Assembly (NCBI GenBank): GCA_965226495.1
Contig: OZ245365.1
Location: 3,296,001 to 3,360,000, forward strand
Length of the DNA stretch: 64,000 bases
Direction of reading: 5' to 3'
Source: Candidatus Marinacidobacterales bacterium
Lineage (GTDB): Bacteria; Acidobacteriota; Vicinamibacteria; Marinacidobacterales; DATDRI01
The notes below the pieces were generated by a model, which saw only the letters and a list, made by a program, of their open reading frames with translations, did not search any database and was not told the DNA's origin. A program made the translations under genes and the position numbers. Numbering within the stretch: position 1 is the first letter of the stretch; every line of letters starts with the position of its first letter. Of this stretch, positions 20,571 through 30,410 are shown one piece after another.

Positions 20571-21893
20571 TCACTCCCTTTCAGTCAAGCTCTCAGAGAA
20601 GGGCTCCACTCGGAGAACGAGCCCATCAATCCTTGTCACTTGAACGCGTGCTCCCTGCGCGATCTTGGCCTGCGAGAGCGCATCCCAGTACTCTCCATGA
20701 ACGAAGATCTTCCCTCGCCCGTCGATATCTGTGGAAGCGGTTCCTACCAGTCCGATCAAGCCCTGATCTCCTGTCACGGGTTTCCGCTTCATCGAGATGA
20801 TAACCAATCGAGCAAGGAACCCAAACACGACGACGAGTGTCACTACCACCGGAAGTATGACGGTCCAGCCTAGCTGGAGCACTGGAGTCGGCACCGTTTG
20901 CTCCTTGAAAAGCATGAGAGACCCCAGGATCAGCGCCGCGATACCACCCAGTCCGAGAACACCGAAAGCCGGTGTGAAGGCCTCCCCAATGATCAGACCC
21001 ATCCCTACTAAGAGCAAGAGTACACCCGCATAATTGACCGGTAACACTTGAAGCGCAAAGAAAGCCAGAATCAACGAGATGACGCCGATGACCCCAGGCA
21101 ACACCGCCCCGGGGTTGGCGAGCTCGAAGTACAGGCCCATCATCCCGAGCGCCATGAGAATGTACGCGACATTCGGGTGGGCGATGACGGAAAGAATGCG
21201 TTGCGGCCAGCGCATCTCGAATGCGACGACGGTTTCGCCCTTGGTGTTGAGTACCACTTCGTCCCCGTCGAAACGGGTCACCGTCTTGCCATCGAGTTGT
21301 TCCAGAAGCTCATCCTCGGTGCCGGCGATGTAATCGATGAGTCCGACCTCGAGCGCTTCGGTCTCGGTCCACGACTGGCTCTCGATGACGCCTTTTTCCG
21401 CAAGCTCGACCGGCCTACCTCGCTTCGCGGCGATAGAACGGATATAGGCGGCGGCATCGGACTCGACTTTCTTGGACATCGTCTCGTCCATCTCTTGACC
21501 GCCTCCCGAGACAGGATGAGCCGCACCCATGTTGGTGCCGGGCGCCATCGCCGCCACGTCGGCCGAGAGGGCGATGAGAAACCCCGCCGAGGCGGCGCGT
21601 GCACCGGATGGAGCCACATAGACAACAACCGGAGTCTCGGCGTTCAGGATCTTTTCGATGATCTCCCGCATCGCAGTGTCCAACCCGCCGGGTGTCTTGA
21701 GTTGGATCAAGACCAGCTCCGCACCATCGCGGTCGGCTCGATCGATGCCTTCCGTGATGTACTGGGCGCTGACCCGATGGATAATGTCGTCTACGGTGAG
21801 CTTGTAAATGGGGGCGGACCAAGCCGGTGCCGCCAGGGTCAGCACGACCGAGGCAAGGAACCCTATGGTTAATCTGTAGAAGAGACTCATCAA
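20571..21893 (-). CDS. nfeD: Long-form NfeD membrane-bound serine protease
   Basis: TPGG, RAASAG, MAPGTNMGAAHPV, TM block, C-terminal OB fold (VHGEYWDA); adjacent to SPFH gene. Confidence 0.92.
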   Translation of the reverse strand: MMSLFYRLTIGFLASVVLTLAAPAWSAPIYKLTVDDIIHRVSAQYITEGIDRADRDGAELVLIQLKTPGGLDTAMREIIEKILNAETPVVVYVAPSGARAASAGFLIALSADVAAMAPGTNMGAAHPVSGGGQEMDETMSKKVESDAAAYIRSIAAKRGRPVELAEKGVIESQSWTETEALEVGLIDYIAGTEDELLEQLDGKTVTRFDGDEVVLNTKGETVVAFEMRWPQRILSVIAHPNVAYILMALGMMGLYFELANPGAVLPGVIGVISLILAFFALQVLPVNYAGVLLLLVGMGLIIGEAFTPAFGVLGLGGIAALILGSLMLFKEQTVPTPVLQLGWTVILPVVVTLVVVFGFLARLVIISMKRKPVTGDQGLIGLVGTASTDIDGRGKIFVHGEYWDALSQAKIAQGARVQVTRIDGLVLRVEPFSESLTERE

Positions 21894-21968
21894 AAATGGA
21901 AGTATACATTGAGGCTATGACGAGTGTCAAGGCGTTCTATGCGGTAAGTCTATGAAACAGCGGCCCTT

Positions 21969-24056
21969 GTGGTTCTCACCCCTCGAAAGCCTCGACGTTC
22001 AACGGGTCTCGCGGCACCCGGGGCGAGCGGCTTGAACCCTCGAGCCATAGCGGCGGTGGTCGGTTTTTTCGCCGCACTAACCTTCATTTTTACGATTCCG
22101 CTGAGCCTGCATCCCGCAGGCCGGGCCTTGGATCTAGGAGCCGATACTCGCCTGTTCCTCTGGACTCTGGCCTGGGACGTTCATGGGCTGGTGAGCCAAC
22201 CCTTGTCGTTGTTTCAAGCCAACATCTTCTTCCCCACCCCCGACACGCTCGCCTACTCGGAGCACTTGTTGGGAACCGCGATTCTCGCGGCACCGTGGCT
22301 CGCGGCGACCGGGAATCCTCTGCTTGCGTTGAATGCGGTGCTGCTCATCTCCTGCGTCGGTGCAGGCGCGGGAACTTACTTTCTCGCTCGTCGAGTCGGC
22401 GTCGGCGTGGCCGGTGCCCTGGCCGCCGGCGTCATATTCGCCTTCGCACCACCCCGCTTCTTCCGGCTCGGGCAAGCTCACCTGGCGGTGGTACTTTGGA
22501 TGCCCCTCTGCTTGGGTTTCCTACACACATATGCCGCAGGGGGCTCCCGAAAACACCTCTTGGCGGCGGTGGCTTTCTTCACACTTCAAGCGCTCTGCGG
22601 AGGACAACCGGGCTTGTTTCTCGCGTTCGCCGCAGGAGGATTCCTGCTGTACGCGTGGGTCTTTGGCTTACTGCGACCTCGGGGAAGACTTCTCGCCGAC
22701 TTCGGTCTGGCGGCCGTACTCGTCATCGCTGTGAACGTGCCTTTCTTCCTCCCCTACCTCCGTGTGCAGGAAGAGTCCGGCCTCAGCCGATCGCTAGACG
22801 AAGCACGAGAGTGGTCCCCCAATGCCGCCAGCTTTCTCGCCGCGCCCACGCACATGCAACGACGCCTACTCTCGATCATTCCGGGACTCGAGCGTCGCAT
22901 CATGGGTACCGCCCGGGCATACTTGTTCCCAGGCTTTCTGGCATTGGCTCTCGCACTGGTGTCCCTTCGACGGGTGCAAGAGGGTTCTCCGGTGGCCAAG
23001 CGTGCGCCACCACCTGCGCAGACTGCCCAGGGAGGGCCGGCGCGTTGGCCAGGTTGGCCAGGTTGGGTTGTCGCGCTAGACGCCTTGCTCATCGTGTCCG
23101 CTCTCATCACCTTGTCCCTCGTAATCACAGGAGGGGTTCGATGGCAGGTGGGAGGCGTAACGATCTCGGCCCGCGGTGCCGGGAGAGCGGCGCTCGTCTT
23201 GGTCGCCTTGTCGGGACTACGCTTGGCGCTCGCCGGTCGAAGCCCGTTCGCATTCCGGGAACTGTATCGACGACTCGTCGCGCGAGTGCGGATAGAGTGT
23301 TCATCCCGCGTGGGTATTCAAGCCGGCTACTACTTCTTTCTCGCCGTCTTCTCTTTGTGGATCGCCCTCGGGCCCAGCTTCGGCCTATACGCAGCCTTTT
23401 ACCGACTCGTGCCAGGCTTCGACTTCATTCGAGTCCCCTCTCGATTCACGTTGCTGACTGTTTTGAGTCTGGCCGTTCTCGCCGGTGTCGGATTGGAGCG
23501 ACTTCTCGGTAGCGTACGCGCGAGTCGACGCCGGCTGCTCGCCCCGGTGACGGTCGCGATTCTGGGCTTTCTGCTTCTGGAATTTGCAGCGTTCCCCCTC
23601 GATGCTCCACCCTACTCGTTCGCGATCCCGCCCATCGATCGATGGATCGCTCGCGAGGCCCAACGTTCAGGCCCCTTCGCGGTGGTCGAGCTTCCGGTCC
23701 CGGATCCGAGAGATACCGCCGCCTCCGCACGCTGGCACTCGCTCTACATGTTGCACTCAACCGCGCACTGGCAGAAACTCGTCAACGGCTACAGCGGTTT
23801 TACACCACCCACTCACGACGCGCTCTTTCGTAAACTCGTCAATTTCCCAGATGAGGCCAGCATTGGTGCGCTCGAACAAATGAGCGTGCGCTACGCGGTC
23901 ATTCACCGGGATGCGTTTGACGAGGATGGGTGGCAAGAGGTGAAGGAAAAGCTGGAGGTTTTCGACGGCCGATTGCGACTAGAGGCCGAGGAGGAAAGCG
24001 GGCTGGCCTATTCTCTTACTCGTTCGAAGACGAATCCACCTGATCATGAACCGTGA
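21969..24056 (+). CDS. Polytopic membrane protein, probable GT-C/YfhO-like glycosyltransferase
   Basis: W.LAW..H, ANIFFP...TLAYSEH, IRVPSRF, LVNGYSG motifs; many hydrophobic segments. Confidence 0.65.
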   Translation: MVLTPRKPRRSTGLAAPGASGLNPRAIAAVVGFFAALTFIFTIPLSLHPAGRALDLGADTRLFLWTLAWDVHGLVSQPLSLFQANIFFPTPDTLAYSEHLLGTAILAAPWLAATGNPLLALNAVLLISCVGAGAGTYFLARRVGVGVAGALAAGVIFAFAPPRFFRLGQAHLAVVLWMPLCLGFLHTYAAGGSRKHLLAAVAFFTLQALCGGQPGLFLAFAAGGFLLYAWVFGLLRPRGRLLADFGLAAVLVIAVNVPFFLPYLRVQEESGLSRSLDEAREWSPNAASFLAAPTHMQRRLLSIIPGLERRIMGTARAYLFPGFLALALALVSLRRVQEGSPVAKRAPPPAQTAQGGPARWPGWPGWVVALDALLIVSALITLSLVITGGVRWQVGGVTISARGAGRAALVLVALSGLRLALAGRSPFAFRELYRRLVARVRIECSSRVGIQAGYYFFLAVFSLWIALGPSFGLYAAFYRLVPGFDFIRVPSRFTLLTVLSLAVLAGVGLERLLGSVRASRRRLLAPVTVAILGFLLLEFAAFPLDAPPYSFAIPPIDRWIAREAQRSGPFAVVELPVPDPRDTAASARWHSLYMLHSTAHWQKLVNGYSGFTPPTHDALFRKLVNFPDEASIGALEQMSVRYAVIHRDAFDEDGWQEVKEKLEVFDGRLRLEAEEESGLAYSLTRSKTNPPDHEP

Positions 24057-24504
24057 GGAGCTTCGTGATCTCGAAGGATTTGGCACCGGCGGGAGTTTGG
24101 ACGGTGACTTCATCGCCCTCTTGTTTGCCTAACAGTCCTTTTCCAATGGGTGAGGTCGTGGAGATGAACCCACGCTGCACGTCGGCCTCTTCGCTCATCA
24201 CCAGTCGGTACACGACGTTTGCTTTTTTCTCGATCTCGTAGAGATGGACTTCCGAGCCTAACGAGACCCGATCCCGTGGAATCTTGCTCATGTCGATCAT
24301 AGACAGCTCGCCCAGTCGCTTGCGAAGTTGGCCGAGTCGCGCGTTGACGTAGCCTTGGCGCTCCTTGGCGGCGTCGTATTCGGCGTTTTCGGAAAGGTCG
24401 CCGTGCTCGCGAGCGATCTTGAGCTCCCTGGGAAGCTGGACGTGGAGCTCTTCTTCGAGCGCCTTGATCTCTTCTTTGAGTTTCTCGAGAAAATCTTGTT
24501 CCAT
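24016..24504 (-). CDS. greA: Transcription elongation factor GreA/GreB family
   Basis: AREHGDLSENAEYDAAKE and ISTTSPIGKGLLGKQEGD; start trimmed to MEQDFLEK. Confidence 0.9.
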   Translation of the reverse strand: MEQDFLEKLKEEIKALEEELHVQLPRELKIAREHGDLSENAEYDAAKERQGYVNARLGQLRKRLGELSMIDMSKIPRDRVSLGSEVHLYEIEKKANVVYRLVMSEEADVQRGFISTTSPIGKGLLGKQEGDEVTVQTPAGAKSFEITKLLTVHDQVDSSSNE

Positions 24505-24580
24505 GGCCGGGTCGCCCATGTTAACACATCGCGGAACGCCAATCCCGCCCCGTGGTAGCATGGCGGGCAGGTCGCGCAAC

Positions 24581-25375
24581 ATGAAAACCCTGGCCAGCCC
24601 GGAAAACCCGCTCATCAAGACGATACGCCGCCTTCGGCAACGGCCCCACCATCGCGGGGAGGACCGATTCATGCTCGAAGGCGTCAAGCTGGCGAACGAA
24701 GCGCTCTCCTCCGGTACCGAGGTCCTGCACGCCATTCTGTCCGCCGACTTCAGCGACAGCTCGAGTGGACGCAAGCTTGTCCGCCGGCTGGAAGCTTCGG
24801 GGGTGCCCTCGGTCTCGGTAGACGAAAGCCTTTTCCGGCGCTGCAGCAGCTTGGAAGCGCCGGAGGGCGTGTTGCTCCTAGCAAAACGAGACCCACGACC
24901 GCTCCAGGAACTTTCTGGCGATCTGATCGTGGTCAGCACGGGGGTGCAAGACCCGGGCAACCTGGGGGCCATCGCGCGAGCGGCCGAGGCGGCCGGCGCA
25001 TCGGCGCTCGTCGCCTGTCGTGGCAGTGCCTACCCTTTTCATCCCAAAGCGGTCAGAGGGTCGATGGGTAGCTTGCTGCGACTCCCCGTTTTCGATGGCG
25101 GCGATGCGGACACCGCAGTCGTCGCCCTCAAACAGAAAGGCCTCTCACTAGCGGCTTGCGTCCCTCGTGGGGGATCGGACTTCCGAAGCGTCGATCTGAA
25201 AAAGGATTTGGCTTTGATGCTGGGAAGTGAAAGCGGCGGTTTGCCCGAAGAATTAGTACAAGTGTCGGACCTGCGCCTATCGGTGCCTATGAAAGATGGT
25301 GTGGATTCGCTCAACGTGGCGGTGGTTGCGGGGCTCGTACTCTACGAAGCGGCACGCCAGCGAGGAGTCATATAA
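24581..25375 (+). CDS. TrmH/SpoU family RNA methyltransferase
   Basis: QDPGNLGAIAR, RGSMG, GSESGGL, SLNVAV SPOUT motifs; start uncertain (24560 also possible). Confidence 0.9.
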   Translation: MKTLASPENPLIKTIRRLRQRPHHRGEDRFMLEGVKLANEALSSGTEVLHAILSADFSDSSSGRKLVRRLEASGVPSVSVDESLFRRCSSLEAPEGVLLLAKRDPRPLQELSGDLIVVSTGVQDPGNLGAIARAAEAAGASALVACRGSAYPFHPKAVRGSMGSLLRLPVFDGGDADTAVVALKQKGLSLAACVPRGGSDFRSVDLKKDLALMLGSESGGLPEELVQVSDLRLSVPMKDGVDSLNVAVVAGLVLYEAARQRGVI

Positions 25376-25377
25376 CC

Positions 25378-26727
25378 GTGAGTCAGCCCGGACTCTTCGC
25401 CGATCCGAAAGACAAACACCCTAAGTCTTTCGATGCCCATACGCCGCTCGCGGAGCGTATGCGCCCTCGAGACCTCGACGAGATATTGGGGCAGGAGGAA
25501 ATCGTGGGGCCCGGGGCTCCCCTTCGCGCCGCGATCGACAATGACACGGTGGGTTCGTTGCTCTTGTGGGGTCCCCCTGGCTCTGGAAAAACCACCTTGG
25601 CTCGTGTCGTTGCTCATCGCACCAAGGCCTACTTCGTCCCCTACTCGGCCGTACTTTCCGGGATCAAAGAGATTCGAACCGTCATGCAGGACGCGGAACG
25701 CCAAAGGAGACTCCACGGTAAGAAAACAATCTTGTTCGTTGACGAGATTCATCGCTTCAACAAAGCACAGCAGGACGCCTTCCTCCCACACGTCGAGTCC
25801 GGTAACGTCATCTTGATCGGAGCGACCACCGAAAATCCCTCGTTCGAAGTGAACGCGGCGCTATTGTCCCGCTGCCGTGTCGTGATCCTGCGACAACTGG
25901 AGCCCAAGGATCTCGTAGAAGTGATGCGACGAGCCCTAGCCGACAAGGAAAGGGGTTTTGGTGCTCGTGAGATCGAGGTCGAACCCGACGCGCTCGGCTG
26001 GCTAGCGCGGCAGGCGAACGGGGATGGCCGGTTCGTACTCAACGTGCTCGAAGTAGCGGTTGCCGCAAAACCTAAGGGAACGATCTTGCTCGGGGATCTC
26101 GGGAGGGTCGTCCAGCGAAAAGCGCTGCTCTACGACAAGAGCGGCGAGGAGCATTTCAACATCATCTCGGCGCTTCACAAATCGCTCCGCAATTCTGATC
26201 CGGACGCCGGGCTCTACTGGCTGGCTCGCATGCTGGAGGCCGGCGAAGATCCTCTTTATGTGGCGCGCCGGTTGGTTCGTTTCGCCTCTGAGGATGTGGG
26301 GCTCGCGGATCCCCAGGCGCTCTCGGTGGCAATGGCGGCGAAGGAAGCGTTTCATTTCATCGGACCACCGGAGGGGAAATTGGCCCTGGCACAAACCGTC
26401 GTCTACTTGGCGACCGCACCCAAGTCCAACGCTATCTACCGTGCATATGGAGAGGCCGCCGATGACGCGCTCAAGGAAGCCACCGAGCCGGTTCCGTTGC
26501 AGTTGCGCAACCCGGTGACGAAACCAATGAAGAGTTGGGGCTACGGTCGAGGCTACCAGTACGCGCACGACTTCGAGGAGAAAACGACCGACATGGAGTG
26601 CTTGCCGGAAAGTCTAGCCGGCAAGGTCTACTACCATCCGAGCGATGAAGGCTTCGAGGGAGATTTGCGGGAGCGTATCAAAACCGTACAGAAAAAAAGA
26701 AAGAAACTGAAAAAGGAATCGCAGTAA
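25378..26727 (+). CDS. rarA: Replication-associated recombination protein A (MgsA/RarA)
   Basis: PLAERMRP, GPPGSGKTT, DEIHRFNKAQQD, GATTENP, ISALHKS, SEDVGLADP. Confidence 0.96.
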   Translation: MSQPGLFADPKDKHPKSFDAHTPLAERMRPRDLDEILGQEEIVGPGAPLRAAIDNDTVGSLLLWGPPGSGKTTLARVVAHRTKAYFVPYSAVLSGIKEIRTVMQDAERQRRLHGKKTILFVDEIHRFNKAQQDAFLPHVESGNVILIGATTENPSFEVNAALLSRCRVVILRQLEPKDLVEVMRRALADKERGFGAREIEVEPDALGWLARQANGDGRFVLNVLEVAVAAKPKGTILLGDLGRVVQRKALLYDKSGEEHFNIISALHKSLRNSDPDAGLYWLARMLEAGEDPLYVARRLVRFASEDVGLADPQALSVAMAAKEAFHFIGPPEGKLALAQTVVYLATAPKSNAIYRAYGEAADDALKEATEPVPLQLRNPVTKPMKSWGYGRGYQYAHDFEEKTTDMECLPESLAGKVYYHPSDEGFEGDLRERIKTVQKKRKKLKKESQ

Positions 26728-26803
26728 TTTCCGCGACGGCGCACTTGATTTCGAGCGTCGTTCCAGTTACACACTCGTCCCATTCGAGAGACGGAGGGCC
26801 TTT

Positions 26804-27415
26804 ATGAAGAGATTCGGTAAATCAAACCTCGCCATCGCGATCGCCGCGCTGGCCGTAATCCTGACAGTTGCGAGTGCCGAGGCTCAAGGGTTACTCAAGG
26901 TCGGCGACAAGGCGCCCGACTTTCCGAACCCATTACCCTCGACCGCAGGAGAAAAACCGGCCGAGACCAAGATTCAGATGTCCGACTTCCTCGGGAAAAA
27001 GAACATCGTTCTCGCTTTTTACGTTGCTGACTGGACCGGTGGGTGAACGCTGCAATTCTCGTCCTACAAGGACGACATCCGGAAGTTTCTGGATGCGAAC
27101 GCCCAAGTCCTGGGAGTCAGCACCGACTCCCCGTTCTCTCAAGCAAAATGGTTGGAAAGCGTGGGGTTCACGAGCAAGGACACACGTGTAACGTCGTCCG
27201 GCGACTCACTGCCCGGACTGATCCTGCTTTCCGATCGAAATGCGGATCTCGTCAAGGCCTATGCCGTGGACACTTATGATATTGATGGCGGTGTTTATGC
27301 GAAGCGAGCGACGTTCGTCATCGACAAAAAGGGGATCCTTCGCTACGTGAACTACGAGTATAAGGTCAAGGAAGACTACGAGCCTCTAATGAAGGTCCTG
27401 GCGGAGCTCGATTAG
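26804..27415 (+). CDS. Exported peroxiredoxin (AhpC/TSA family) with in-frame TGA at the peroxidatic site; putative selenoprotein
   Basis: ORFs 26804..27046 and 27152..27415 are one frame; LKVGDKAPDF...FYVADWTGG-TGA-TLQF...VLGVSTDS...LLSD...KRATFVIDKKG. Confidence 0.85.
27059..27075 (+). other. Candidate SECIS-like hairpin
   Basis: TCGTCC-TACAA-GGACGA perfect stem starting 12 nt after the TGA. Confidence 0.5.
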
Positions 27416-27433
27416 GCGACCTCGGAAAAAACG

Positions 27434-28162
27434 GTGGAAGTACCCAAGGAGGTGCGCCTCATCCGCCTCGAGTGCGGTAAGGCCAACGCCATCGACCTAC
27501 GTCTGCTAGAGACGCTGAAGGATGGGCTCGAGGCTGCCCGCGCCGATGGTGTACGAGCGGTGGTTCTCACCGGCTACGATCAGTTTTTCTCCGCCGGACT
27601 CAATTTGAAGAGCCTCCCCGACTCGCGCGAGGGGATGACCGACTTCGTCGAAAAGTTCGAGGGCGGGCTGCGTCATTTGCTCACTTTCCCGCTTCCGGTG
27701 GTCGCGGCTATCAATGGCCATGCTATCGCCGGGGGATGCGTCTTCGCTTCGGCGTGTGATCTGCGCCTCGCAGCCGAAGGCTCCTACAAAATCGGTTTGT
27801 CGGAAGTGGATGTGGGACTTCCTTTCCCTGGCTTGGCTCTCGCCGTTATGAAAAGTGCGATTTCCAACCGCTGGTTGACCGATTTAGTCTTGGGCGCTCG
27901 TTTGGTGAGCCCCCGCGAAGCAACCGAGGTCGGCATTGTGCACGCCGTCATCCCGCCCGAGGGGTTGCTCGATGAGGCGATCGCCCGGGCGCTACGATTA
28001 GGGGCGAAACCGCAGCCCGCCTTTCGGTTGACGAAGGAGGCAATGCACCGAGACTCGATCGAGCGAGTCGAGGCGGTCGCGGGCGAGACGCAAAAGCATT
28101 TCCTCGATTGCTGGTTTTCGGAAGCAGTGCGAGAGCGGCGGGCGGAACTCTTGAAACGCTAA
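27434..28162 (+). CDS. Enoyl-CoA hydratase/isomerase family protein
   Basis: KANAI, FSAGLNL, PVVAAINGHAIAGG, IGLSEV. Confidence 0.9.
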   Translation: MEVPKEVRLIRLECGKANAIDLRLLETLKDGLEAARADGVRAVVLTGYDQFFSAGLNLKSLPDSREGMTDFVEKFEGGLRHLLTFPLPVVAAINGHAIAGGCVFASACDLRLAAEGSYKIGLSEVDVGLPFPGLALAVMKSAISNRWLTDLVLGARLVSPREATEVGIVHAVIPPEGLLDEAIARALRLGAKPQPAFRLTKEAMHRDSIERVEAVAGETQKHFLDCWFSEAVRERRAELLKR

Positions 28163-28181
28163 ACGAGTTTGGGCTTGCTGC

Positions 28182-28757
28182 CTATTCCAATTTTTCACCG
28201 AGTCGGTCGAGCTCTGGCTGCAGTTCCTCGAGCATTTCCTGAAACGGGGTACGGTTGGCCGCTCCTCCCACCGGGGCGGGGACCATGTCGAAGGCGGCGG
28301 TCGTTAGTAGGCCCTTCAACTGCGAGCGCACCGCGTCGGGGAGTCCGGTGAACTGAACTCCGTGAAGCACCGCACCCACCACCGGATCCTGCGAGCCTTC
28401 TGCCTCGCCGCTCCAGACGATGTGCCCTTTGGTCTCGAAGACGCCGAGCCGGTCGAGGCTGACCTTGAGATCGACTCTCCAACCCTTTTTCAGCAGCAGA
28501 TCCGTAATAAAGCAGGCGCCCGACTCAGAGAGATCGCGGACGACCCCACAGCCAAGGGGAAAGCCGTCTTCATTGACGGCGACAGTGACAGAGTGGTTCG
28601 GGACGAATCGCCTTGCGGCGCGAGGGGGGCTCTCCTCGATCTTCGAGCTCAGGATCTCATTGAGTTTTGAGACCTCGGAAAACGTATCGAATATGGTGTT
28701 GCGACGGCAGCGGCGGTTGCGCTTTCGCCACGTTGAAACCCGTTTAAGTCGTCGCAT
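28182..28757 (-). CDS. PilZ domain protein (start uncertain, probably shorter)
   Basis: RAARR, DLSESG, GHIVW...HGVQF. Confidence 0.75.
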   Translation of the reverse strand: MRRLKRVSTWRKRNRRCRRNTIFDTFSEVSKLNEILSSKIEESPPRAARRFVPNHSVTVAVNEDGFPLGCGVVRDLSESGACFITDLLLKKGWRVDLKVSLDRLGVFETKGHIVWSGEAEGSQDPVVGAVLHGVQFTGLPDAVRSQLKGLLTTAAFDMVPAPVGGAANRTPFQEMLEELQPELDRLGEKLE

Positions 28758-29012
28758 CGTCCAGAGTTACTGAAGGGGGAAATTACGGTATTCCAACCCG
28801 TCCGGGAAGTCAAGCTGTGTTCCTGGCCATGTATCCCCCCTTATTTGCGGCCCCCCGGAGGTACCACCCATTTGCCACCCATTTGGAGGACAGCTGGACG
28901 GGGCCACCGTTTTGGGATACATATCCTGCCGCACACCGCTAAAAGGGTGTGCATAGAAAACAAACATTCCGCTAATCACCAATTAATCATCAATTCCAAA
29001 GGAGAACAGAAG

Positions 29013-29912
29013 ATGCTCCGCGACCCATTACTCCTCTGCACTTTGTTGGTCCTGGGTTTCGCTCTCAATAAAGGTCGGCCGGCCCGCGCACAGGTCATCA
29101 GTCTGAAGGAAGCGATCAACCTGCCCAAACCCCCGCCCGACCATCGGATCCCATACGGGGATGATCGGAATCAATTCGGAGACCTACGACTACCAGAGGG
29201 AGATGGGCCATTTCCCGTGGTCATTGCTATTCATGGTGGTTGCTACCAAGCAAAGTACGATCTCACTTTGCTCAGTAGCTTTTCTGCAGATCTTACAGCG
29301 GCGGGCTTTGCAACTTGGAATCTCGAGTATCGCCGCGTCGGAAACGAGGGTGGCGGATGGCCGGGTACCTTCGAAGACATCGCTCGCGGATCGGACTATC
29401 TCCGGGTCGTGGCGCAAAACTACCCGATAGATTTAACCCGCGTGGTGGCCGTTGGTCACTCTGCGGGCGGGCACTTTGTCGCGTGGTTGGCCGCTCGATC
29501 GCGTCTCCCCAATGACAGCGTTCTCTATTCGGAAGATCCAATCTCCCTTCTAGGCGTTGTGCCGCTCGCGGGTGTCATGGACTCGCGTGCTGACCTCGAG
29601 GGTGGCGTCTGCGAGAAGGTAACGCCCAAGATGCTCGGCGGCCTACCCTCCGAAGTTCCCGATCACTACGCCCAAGCCTCCGCAATCGAGCTCCTGCCGA
29701 TCGGCATACCGGTACGGTCGATCATCGGAGACCAGGACGGTCCCGTACTGATTGACATGGTCAAGCGCTACGACGAGAAGGCAAGGGCAGCGGGCGACGA
29801 TTCCGAGCTATCTATGGTCGAAGGAGCAGGGCATTTCGAGCTGACCACGCCTGATAGCTTCGCGTGGGAGCTCGTGAAGGAAACCGTGCTTTCGCTCTTC
29901 GAGCCGAAATAA
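29013..29912 (+). CDS. Secreted alpha/beta hydrolase (esterase-like)
   Basis: Start after AAAGGAG; IHGG, EYRRVG, GHSAGG nucleophile, GAGHF. Confidence 0.88.
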   Translation: MLRDPLLLCTLLVLGFALNKGRPARAQVISLKEAINLPKPPPDHRIPYGDDRNQFGDLRLPEGDGPFPVVIAIHGGCYQAKYDLTLLSSFSADLTAAGFATWNLEYRRVGNEGGGWPGTFEDIARGSDYLRVVAQNYPIDLTRVVAVGHSAGGHFVAWLAARSRLPNDSVLYSEDPISLLGVVPLAGVMDSRADLEGGVCEKVTPKMLGGLPSEVPDHYAQASAIELLPIGIPVRSIIGDQDGPVLIDMVKRYDEKARAAGDDSELSMVEGAGHFELTTPDSFAWELVKETVLSLFEPK

Positions 29913-29936
29913 ATCGCGGGCTGAGGGCGTCGAGTT

Positions 29937-30185
29937 TTATTGGGTTGCGGGAGGCCCGATCAACCGTCGGACGAAGGACTCTGCCCGATCGAGCGCCTCT
30001 TTGGAAACGGGACCGTGAAACTCGAGACCCAGAAACGGTCCCGCTCCCTCGACGGTGACAGTCCAATCCCCACCATGGCTCACCGCGACCAGGGCGATCT
30101 CGCCGTCCGGAACCCGCAAGGTCCTCAAGACGCTCAGACCATCCTCAAGAACTTTTTCGCTCGAGTACACATCGGGAGTCGACAT
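29937..30185 (-). CDS. Small hypothetical protein (82 aa)
   Basis: Strong RBS GAGGAGG; globular-looking composition; sigma54-like promoter upstream. Confidence 0.55.
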   Translation of the reverse strand: MSTPDVYSSEKVLEDGLSVLRTLRVPDGEIALVAVSHGGDWTVTVEGAGPFLGLEFHGPVSKEALDRAESFVRRLIGPPATQ

Positions 30186-30235
30186 TTTTCGCCTCCTCTC
30201 GTACCAGCCTTCCTGGCACTCCTAGCTCCAAAGGT

Positions 30236-30269
30236 AGCAAGAACCGTTCCCGATGCTAATTCGTTGATT
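30236..30269 (-). promoter_or_regulatory. Sigma54-like promoter with adjacent IHF site
   Basis: Minus strand GGGAACGGTTCTTGCT (GG-N10-GC) preceded by AATCAACGAATTA (matches WATCAANNNNTTR). Confidence 0.55.
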
Positions 30270-30410
30270 CTAAACACGCAGGCATCTGGAGGCTGCCATT
30301 GTTTGACGCCCCGACCTCCCAAAATGTGTGAACCTTGTGACGCGTGATAAGGAATCCGCGTGCGGGGGATCACAATCGATCAAATAGGTGTACCTAGTGG
30401 CGGCGGGACA

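Noticed and set aside
22295-23512. 405-aa Arg-rich ORF inside the membrane protein gene
   Set aside because: Same-strand off-frame shadow typical of high-GC DNA
24505-24972. Long extensions of greA and the TrmH gene suggesting a large antisense overlap
   Set aside because: Both have better internal starts (24504 and 24581), leaving an ordinary divergent gap
27043-27279. 78-aa ORF starting at the peroxiredoxin TGA, as a frameshift alternative
   Set aside because: Prx similarity continues in the original frame, so readthrough explains it better
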